From an uncultured Gammaproteobacteria bacterium (lineage in GTDB: Bacteria > Patescibacteriota > Patescibacteriia > 2-12-FULL-60-25), in NCBI GenBank assembly GCA_964413995.1, contig CAYPUF010000001.1:37403-87386 (forward strand): DNA of 49,984 nt, read 5' to 3'. Numbering within the stretch: the first letter of the stretch is position 1; each line of letters starts with the position of its first letter. Below, piece by piece: positions 41,946-49,984 of this stretch. A model generated the notes under the pieces. That model did no database searches and was not told the origin of the DNA. It was given only the letters and a program-made list of their open reading frames with translations. Both the position numbers and the translations under genes were made by a program.

Positions 41946-43039
41946 TACCCCTCAAACCCTCCGAACACGAGATCGTTCGTCGTGACGTGGATCCACGTCC
42001 GGCCGCGCGTGAACAGGAATTCGGACCCGTCGCCGGCTTCGAATTTCATCGGTTTGCCCGGCGCGCGGCTCCAGCGCAGGATGAACTTCTTGCCGTCGCG
42101 ATAGGCCACGGCCTCGCCGCTGCCGGTCGTGCGGATGCGCAGCCGGCCGATCTCGTCGAGTACCTGCTCTTCCGTTTTGATCACGATGACGTTTTCGGAC
42201 TCGACCGGCGTTCCGTCGCGGTCGACCTGCGGACGGCCGGCCTGGCTACGCACGTACACGTTCCGCTCGCGATCGTATTCCCAGGAGACGCTGAACGAAC
42301 CACCGTACGGCACGCGGATCGTATCCCCGTTGCCGCGGTCCGTGGATGATGCCGCATCGATAAAATGCCACGCCTCGACCGCGCGCGTCGAAGTCGCGTT
42401 TTTGCGTTCGAGCACCGCGTCCATTCGTTCACGGTCCGTGTAGGTGTTATGCGGGGCCGCACGGCGGCGGTCGCGCCAGAACGATGTGCCGTACGCGAAT
42501 TCGTTCACATCCACAAACCCGTCGAGCGACTTGATCAGGTCGAGCGCTTCCGGACTGCCGCCGACATGGAACAGTGACGCGTTCCAGCCACGCGCCCACT
42601 CAACGTAATACGGACGCGCGCTGCGCACGGGGCCGACCTCGTCGAGCGTCGTCGTCGCGTCGTAGAACGCGAGAAAGCGCGTGATCCCGCCCTCCACGGG
42701 CGCCTCGATTACGAGCTGGGCCGCCGCGAGTCCGGACACCGGGCGCGCATCCGGATGGTTCTCGACGATCACGGCACGCGGCGCGTATGCCTCCTCGCCG
42801 GCGGACACGAGCACGCCGTCGAGGTAGCGCGGCACAAGGCCGCTTTCCGCGGCCGTCCGCTCCTCCTCGGCCGGCCCGTTCGCAACGGCCGGCGCGGAGC
42901 GCAATCCGCCCGCGATCACGTACCAAAACAGGCCGATCGAAACGGCGAGCAACAAAACAGCCCCGCCGGCGAGCGGCCAGCGGAACCGTTTGGCGTGGGA
43001 CATGACGGTCGCCTGCGCCTTGGCAAGCCACGTATCCAT
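41945..43039 (-). CDS. DUF3048 domain protein (anchored)
   Basis: VENHPDARPVSGLAAA...EGGITRFLAF is typical of the DUF3048 N-terminal domain. Has a TM anchor. Start at 43039 or 43078. Confidence 0.72.
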   Translation of the reverse strand: MDTWLAKAQATVMSHAKRFRWPLAGGAVLLLAVSIGLFWYVIAGGLRSAPAVANGPAEEERTAAESGLVPRYLDGVLVSAGEEAYAPRAVIVENHPDARPVSGLAAAQLVIEAPVEGGITRFLAFYDATTTLDEVGPVRSARPYYVEWARGWNASLFHVGGSPEALDLIKSLDGFVDVNEFAYGTSFWRDRRRAAPHNTYTDRERMDAVLERKNATSTRAVEAWHFIDAASSTDRGNGDTIRVPYGGSFSVSWEYDRERNVYVRSQAGRPQVDRDGTPVESENVIVIKTEEQVLDEIGRLRIRTTGSGEAVAYRDGKKFILRWSRAPGKPMKFEAGDGSEFLFTRGRTWIHVTTNDLVFGGFEG

Positions 43040-43055
43040 GACTCCAAGTGTACTC

Positions 43056-43754
43056 TTAGGCGGCTTCCTTCGCACCACCCTCCGCTTCTCCCTCGGCGGC
43101 GGCTTCGGCGGCTTCCGCCTCCTTCTTCTCTTCCGCCTCGGTCTTGATCGCGCTGACGTCGCCGACCTGGCTCTCCTCGAGCGCCTTCAGCTCTTCCTCC
43201 GTCAGCGGACGCGCCACGGTCGCAATCGTAAGCTCCGGCTCGTCCACGAACTCGACACCCTCGGGCGCGACGAGCGAACCGATCGTGATCGCGTCGTCGA
43301 ATGTCGCGAGCGCGGCAAGATCGACCTGCATCTCGTGCGGCAAATCGCCCGGCAGACAACGCACGGTGACTTCGTCCATCGACTTCACGAGCGTGCCGCC
43401 CTCGTTCTTCACCGCGGACGATTCGCCGACGAATACGAGCGGGATGTCGGCTTCAATCTCTTTATCCATGCGTACCTGGTAGAAATCCACGTGCACGGGG
43501 TGCATCGTGATCGGATCGACCTGAAGCTCCTTGATCAGCACTTTGACGGGGGATTCGGAACCCACGGATACGTCGATCAGCGCCGATTGGCCGGCGGTGT
43601 CGTAAATCTTGATGAACTCGCTGCGACCGACGGAAATCGGCTTCGGTTCAACGCCCGCACCGTACATCACGGCCGGAATGCGCATCTCCTTGAGCTCGTC
43701 TTTGGCGCGCTTGCCCAACTTGGTGCGCGGCTGCGCGGTAATGGCGTATGGCAT
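43056..43754 (-). CDS. rplY: 50S ribosomal protein bL25 (Ctc form) with acidic Ala/Glu tail
   Basis: RTKLGKRAKDELKEMRIPAVMYG...HPVHVDF are typical L25/Ctc motifs. Confidence 0.9.
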   Translation of the reverse strand: MPYAITAQPRTKLGKRAKDELKEMRIPAVMYGAGVEPKPISVGRSEFIKIYDTAGQSALIDVSVGSESPVKVLIKELQVDPITMHPVHVDFYQVRMDKEIEADIPLVFVGESSAVKNEGGTLVKSMDEVTVRCLPGDLPHEMQVDLAALATFDDAITIGSLVAPEGVEFVDEPELTIATVARPLTEEELKALEESQVGDVSAIKTEAEEKKEAEAAEAAAEGEAEGGAKEAA

Positions 43755-43777
43755 ACGAAAATCGAAAAAGTGCTGAT

Positions 43778-43806
43778 ACGTTACACGAAAATCTTTCTAG
43801 GGTCAA
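43778..43806 (-). promoter_or_regulatory. candidate promoter for rplY
   Basis: Minus strand: TTGACC (43806-43801), 17 nt, TAACGT (43783-43778). Confidence 0.35.
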
Positions 43807-43884
43807 GAGAGCGGATCCAAACTCTGGAGGCTTGAAGGCGAGCACGAAAAATGCCGAAAATTAGCCTAATATAAATACCGGATT

Positions 43885-44214
43885 CTAGCTTTTCGCTTCT
43901 CCCAGAAGCCTCTTCACCAAATCCCGGCTCTCCTCTTCCAGCAGCACATGGGCGCCGATGCACTCGTCGGCCGAGATCGGGGCGCGTTCCGTCAGGCGGA
44001 CGGCATCCGCCACCGTCTGGTCGGTCACGAGCCCGATCGTGCTCACATACCCCGTATTCTCGCGCATCAGGGCCATCATGGACCGGCCGCAAGCGCCGCA
44101 GGAACAGTGGAACAGCTTGCCAGCCGCCGTTTCACCGAGCGGTTTCACCGCATCTTCCGGATACGCGGCATGGCACAGCGGGCATTCGACGATCAAACGC
44201 GACGGCAAACTCAT
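43885..44214 (-). CDS. hypothetical zinc-ribbon protein
   Basis: CPLC...18 aa...HCSCGAC suggests a Cys4-type ribbon. TATACT (44228-44223) lies 8 nt upstream of the ATG. Confidence 0.55.
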   Translation of the reverse strand: MSLPSRLIVECPLCHAAYPEDAVKPLGETAAGKLFHCSCGACGRSMMALMRENTGYVSTIGLVTDQTVADAVRLTERAPISADECIGAHVLLEEESRDLVKRLLGEAKS

Positions 44215-44228
44215 ACAAACCTAGTATA

Positions 44229-44288
44229 CAGATAACAGAAAACGGTTAACAGTGCCCTTGCTCTCAACTGTCATCCGTCAACCGTGCA

Positions 44289-44290
<2 letters not shown>
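44229..44290. repeat. CAGNNNN / NNAACTG-type heptamer words, imperfect dyad
   Basis: cagataa cagaaaa cggttaa cagtgcc ... tcaactg tcatccg tcaaccg, between the gyrB stop and the downstream gene. Confidence 0.55.
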
Positions 44291-46358
<2,068 letters not shown>

Positions 46359-46500
46359 TTAGCAGAAAACACGTCAAAATCCAACCCTAAGTCAAGACCT
46401 CTCTGTCGTCTTGCACAACGCAAGGGATCTCCAACGAAGGGAGACGCCTCCTTCCGTGCTGAATGACAAAAGCTTCATGTTCAATGTTTCCTGTTCAAGG

Positions 46501-46506
46501 TAAAAT
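46501..46506 (+). promoter_or_regulatory. -10 box TAAAAT, 6 nt upstream of the ATG
   Basis: TAAAAT gtctcc ATG (46513). No SD. Confidence 0.4.
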
Positions 46507-46512
46507 GTCTCC

Positions 46513-47391
46513 ATGGCAGAGAACCATGTCATCGGCTCCGGCCTGACCGAGCAGGAAATGAAGGTCGCGTCGTTTTGGGTACGAAATCGTCTCCTGCTGC
46601 GACGGATCGGCTACGGGAGCCTCATCGCCTTCGCGGGCGGAATGTGGGCGTACGTGCTTTGGTCGCTTCTCGACGCGTATGCGATTTCGTACCCGCGCGA
46701 GTCGCGCATCCATCGCGTCATCGTGCAAAACCAGCTCGCGATCGACGGCTTGCGCGCCTCCGCGCCGCGCCCCATCGAACCGAGCCAGGCATCCGTGTTC
46801 GATGCAACGGATAACCGGCAGGACCTGCTCGTGGAAATCCTGAATCCGAACGCAACGTGGTGGGCGGAATTCGACTATCAATTCGATCTTTCCGGCGAAC
46901 GCACACCGTTGCGCAAGGGGTACGTCCTGCCCAGCAGCCGCCGCTACCTGACCGAGCTCGGCTTTACGCCGGAAACCCGGGGGCGCACCGCGCGGCTCGT
47001 CGTGGAAAACATCCGGTGGATGCGCATCGATCCGGCGGCGGTTGGCGGGAATTACGAAGCGTTCGCCGATGCGCGCCTCCAATTCCGCGCCGAAAACCCC
47101 ACCTACACCCGCGATCTCACTATCGGCACGCAAACCGTCGGCCAAAGCGCGTTCCAACTCGTAAACGACAGCGCGTTCGGTTTTTGGAACCCGAGCGTCA
47201 CGGTCGTGCTGTATCGCGGCACGAATCCGGTCGGTGTGACAACGATCCAGCCGCCGCTGATCCGAGCCGGAGAAACGCTTCCTATCACGATCAACTGGTT
47301 CGAAAACCTTGCGGGAGTCAGCCGCACGGACGTGCAGGTGAACGTGAACATCCTGGATCGTGGCGCCTATTTGCCGACAAGCGGGATTTAA
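46513..47391 (+). CDS. hypothetical membrane-anchored protein upstream of rodA/ftsW
   Basis: One TM segment (GYGSLIAFAGGMWAYVLWSLL) followed by a beta-rich domain of about 230 aa. No family recognised. Confidence 0.65.
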   Translation: MAENHVIGSGLTEQEMKVASFWVRNRLLLRRIGYGSLIAFAGGMWAYVLWSLLDAYAISYPRESRIHRVIVQNQLAIDGLRASAPRPIEPSQASVFDATDNRQDLLVEILNPNATWWAEFDYQFDLSGERTPLRKGYVLPSSRRYLTELGFTPETRGRTARLVVENIRWMRIDPAAVGGNYEAFADARLQFRAENPTYTRDLTIGTQTVGQSAFQLVNDSAFGFWNPSVTVVLYRGTNPVGVTTIQPPLIRAGETLPITINWFENLAGVSRTDVQVNVNILDRGAYLPTSGI

Positions 47392-47394
47392 AAA

Positions 47395-47456
47395 AGAAAT
47401 TAGAAGTTAGAATCTAGGCTAATTGGCTCGCTTCTAGATTCTAGCTTCTAACTTCT
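47395..47456. repeat. TAGAAG-word hairpin, homologous to 25208-25318
   Basis: agaaatt agaagtt agaatct agg ... loop ... cttctag attctag cttctaa cttctcc. About 22 bp of stem with 2 mismatches. Confidence 0.8.
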
Positions 47457-47461
47457 CCCCC

Positions 47462-47470
47462 TGCTAAGGT
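47462..47470 (+). promoter_or_regulatory. extended -10-like TGcTAAGGT, 6 nt upstream of the ATG
   Basis: TGc TAAGGT cgctcc ATG (47477). Confidence 0.35.
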
Positions 47471-47476
47471 CGCTCC

Positions 47477-48622
47477 ATGACCCGCATCCTCGAACTCTTC
47501 CAGCGCATCGACTGGATGATGCTGACGGTCGCGCTGACGCTCACCTCGATCGGGCTCGTAGCCATATACGGCATCGGTGTCTCGCAGGAACCGGCGGACC
47601 TCTTCCTGTTCCAAAAGCAATTCGTCACCGCCCTGATCGGCGTCGGACTGGTGGTACTGTTGGCGCTGTTCGATTACCGCCATCTGCGCGCCTACGGATT
47701 TGTCCTCTACCTCGCCGGCGCGCTCCTGCTCGTCGCCGTACTTTTCTTCGGCGTAGAAGTCAACGGCACGCAGGGCTGGTTTCGCGTCGGCGCGCTTTCC
47801 TTCCAGCCGATCGAGGTCGCGAAAGTGACGCTCGCGATCTATCTCGCCGCGTTCTACGCCAAGCGCGGACGCGGCCGGCTCGCATGGACGACCTTTCTCA
47901 TGGGCGGCATCGCCACGGGCATCTACACCGCGCTCGCCTTCCTGCAGCCGGACTTCGGCTCCGGCATGGTCCTCGTGCTGATCTGGGGCGGCATCTCCGC
48001 CTTCGCGGGCCTGCCGAAGCGCGCCTGGATCATCCTCCCGCTGCTCCTCGTTACGACCGGCGCGGTCGCGTGGAGCTATGCGCTCAAGCCGTACCAGCGC
48101 GCGCGCATCGAATCGTTCCTCGATCCGACAACGGATCCGCGCGGCTCCGGCTATAACGCGATCCAGGCGCGTATCGCCATCGGATCCGGCGGAATCTTCG
48201 GCAAAGGCATCGGCGAGGGCTCGCAGGCGCGCCTACGCTTCCTGCCCGCCGCATCGACGGACTTCATTTTCGCGGTGGTCGGCGAAGAAATGGGCTTGGT
48301 CGGCGTCATCTTCGTCTTTTTCATGTTTTTCCTGCTTCTCTCGCGTTTTCTTCGGCTCGGGGACGAATCGGAAGACGATTTTGCCGCCTATCTCCTCGTC
48401 GGCATCGGATCAATGTATCTCATCCACCTCTGCGTGAACGCGGGCATGAATCTGGGACTCCTGCCCATCACCGGCATTCCGATGCCGTTTCTCTCGGCCG
48501 CCGCATCGAACCTGCTCGTGATCTACGCCTGCATCGGTCTCGCGCAATCCGTGGCCGTCCGCCGCCGGGGCACCCTCGAACGCGGTACCGGCGTCATGCT
48601 GTTTGAGGAAGCAAACAGTTAA
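47477..48622 (+). CDS. SEDS-family peptidoglycan polymerase (FtsW/RodA)
   Basis: 10 TM segments; QPIEVAKV, PDFGSGMV, GSGYNAIQARIAIGSGGIFGKG and TDFIFAVVGEE motifs. Confidence 0.88.
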   Translation: MTRILELFQRIDWMMLTVALTLTSIGLVAIYGIGVSQEPADLFLFQKQFVTALIGVGLVVLLALFDYRHLRAYGFVLYLAGALLLVAVLFFGVEVNGTQGWFRVGALSFQPIEVAKVTLAIYLAAFYAKRGRGRLAWTTFLMGGIATGIYTALAFLQPDFGSGMVLVLIWGGISAFAGLPKRAWIILPLLLVTTGAVAWSYALKPYQRARIESFLDPTTDPRGSGYNAIQARIAIGSGGIFGKGIGEGSQARLRFLPAASTDFIFAVVGEEMGLVGVIFVFFMFFLLLSRFLRLGDESEDDFAAYLLVGIGSMYLIHLCVNAGMNLGLLPITGIPMPFLSAAASNLLVIYACIGLAQSVAVRRRGTLERGTGVMLFEEANS

Positions 48623-48669
48623 CAGATAACAGTGATCCGTCTGGAAACTGGTAACTGTTTACTGTTAAC
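48612..48669. terminator. NNAACTG-word imperfect hairpin between convergent genes
   Basis: aaacagttaacagataacagtg ... gaaactggtaactgtttactgttaac. AAACAGTTA pairs with TAACTGTTT. The register is ambiguous because of the 7-nt periodicity. Confidence 0.5.
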
Positions 48670-49984
48670 TTTGCAGCCTCACATCCACCCCTTCCGTTTT
48701 TCGGAAGCCGATGCGGTCCGGCGCCTCATCGCCCAACGTTAGCATCTTGCCGAGCACGAGCGAATCCAACCCATACCGGTCACGGACGGCATCCATCGCT
48801 TTGGACACGGCCTGCCGACGCTCGGGCGCCATTTCCTCGCGTAAGCCGTTCACCTTGAGATGGAAGCGGCGCTGATGCGTCGGGATGGTGAGATCGAACA
48901 GCGTCACGGCGAGAAAATTGACGCGTTGACCGCTCCACAGCTCGCGCAGAAGGTCCAACGCCGTACCGACAACCGTGAACGAATCGTCCGACGGTTCGGC
49001 GAACCACGCATGAACGGAACCGCCCGGCCCGTCGGATCCCGGCGTCCAGAACGGTCCTTGGGGTCGCGGGCCGTTCGGCGTCTTCAGGCCGACGGACACG
49101 GAGATCCCGTTCGCAAGCAATCCGAGCCCGCGCATGCGCCGGCCCGCGCGCTCGGTGAGCCGCATGAGCGTCGCTTCGACTTTCTTTTCGCGGTTCACGC
49201 GATCCGGCACGCAATACGAATGCCCGACGGACTTCGGCGGCGCTTCGGTCGTTTCGCCATCCGCGGCCACACCCTCGATGTCCGCGCCCTGCAATCGCGC
49301 CTGGAGATAAAAACCATTCACACCGAACGCGCGGATGAGATTTTCGGTCGAACCGTATTTGATCTGTAACAAAGTGTCGTACCCGAGCCGCTCGAGCCGC
49401 CGGCGCATGCGCGGTCCGATCCCGCACACGTCCTCAAGATCGAGCCGTGAAAGCACGTCGTCGATCGTTTCATGCGTGATGATGGTGAGTCCGTCGGGCT
49501 TTTGGAGATCGGACGCGGTCTTGGCGAGAAACCGCGTCGGCGCGATCCCGACCGAACAGCGCAGCCACTCGCCGACCTCCTCCGTGATACGACGCTTGAC
49601 GGTGGAAAGCGCGAACGCCGCCTCGGCCGCGTCGCGATACCAGCCCGTGAGATCGAGGAACGCCTCGTCAATGGAATAATGCTCCATGCGGTCGGTCAGC
49701 TCGTGCAGGATCGAGAAGATACGCGAAGTCACCGCGCGGTACTTGGGCGGATCATTTTGGACGAAGACCGCGTTCGGCACGGCTTGCTTGGCCTCGTTCA
49801 TCGTCATGCCGACCTTGATGCCGAGCTTTTTCGCTTCGACGGAAGCCGCGATCACGCAACCATGCGGATGCAAATACGCGCAGACGCCCAGCGGCTTGCC
49901 GCGCAACGTGGGGTTCGCCTGCTGCTCCACGGACGCGAAATACGAGTTCATGTCCACATGCGCAATCAGCTTTTCCGAACGCGG
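48665..49984 (-). CDS. dinB: DNA polymerase IV (DinB), N-terminus cut by window end
   Basis: The frame stays open to base 49984 (..EKLIAHVDMNSYFASVEQ). Typical Y-family motifs (DMNSYFASVE, SIDEAFLD). Confidence 0.9.
   Translation of the reverse strand, partial: PRSEKLIAHVDMNSYFASVEQQANPTLRGKPLGVCAYLHPHGCVIAASVEAKKLGIKVGMTMNEAKQAVPNAVFVQNDPPKYRAVTSRIFSILHELTDRMEHYSIDEAFLDLTGWYRDAAEAAFALSTVKRRITEEVGEWLRCSVGIAPTRFLAKTASDLQKPDGLTIITHETIDDVLSRLDLEDVCGIGPRMRRRLERLGYDTLLQIKYGSTENLIRAFGVNGFYLQARLQGADIEGVAADGETTEAPPKSVGHSYCVPDRVNREKKVEATLMRLTERAGRRMRGLGLLANGISVSVGLKTPNGPRPQGPFWTPGSDGPGGSVHAWFAEPSDDSFTVVGTALDLLRELWSGQRVNFLAVTLFDLTIPTHQRRFHLKVNGLREEMAPERRQAVSKAMDAVRDRYGLDSLVLGKMLTLGDEAPDRIGFRKTEGVDVRLQS

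Overview
This is a GC-rich (roughly 60% by eye, not computed), very gene-dense bacterial chromosome segment. I count about 58 protein genes and 2 tRNAs (Gln-UUG, Val-CAC). There is no rRNA, CRISPR array, transposase, integrase or phage gene. The standard code applies, since TGA is used as a stop.

Recognisable content:
- Information processing: era, a TrmA/RlmD-type RNA methyltransferase, prmC, bL25, gyrB, dinB (cut by the window end), a DEAD-box helicase and an Smr protein.
- Energy and metabolism: a complete F1Fo ATP synthase operon (atpZ-B-E-F-H-A-G-D-C), malic enzyme and pyrF.
- Division and envelope: ftsEX, rodA/ftsW, two GT-C-like membrane proteins, a GT28-like protein, an ABC-2 exporter and an AI-2E transporter.
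- Redox and secreted proteins: pepA, two peroxiredoxins, a glutaredoxin-like protein, VKOR, an anchored SNase nuclease and a large surface protein with repeated Ig-like domains.

DUF5671, CxxC-x17-CxxC, DUF3048 and pilin-like proteins, plus many small anchored orphans, suggest a Patescibacteria/CPR-like organism. That placement is inference; no search was run.

I found no recognisable defence island or novel enzyme cluster. What stands out is a structural, non-coding layer:
1. A 48/54-nt double-hairpin palindromic element is translated in the same codon phase inside two unrelated methyltransferase genes (RPE-like behaviour). A possible third, degenerate copy lies in prmC.
2. Almost every intergenic spacer is built from in-phase tandem heptamer words, often arranged as dyads. 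These run into ORF 3' ends and up to start codons, and resemble cyanobacterial STRR repeats.
3. TATACT-type -10 boxes recur 6-8 nt upstream of ATG codons with no Shine-Dalgarno sequence, which suggests leaderless genes.
4. Smaller items: a low-GC single-gene islet, a codon-usage break at the left contig edge, an orphan two-gene cassette translationally coupled to ftsEX, and a short ATP synthase delta subunit.

All family names come from motif recognition by eye, and coordinates of starts are best guesses.
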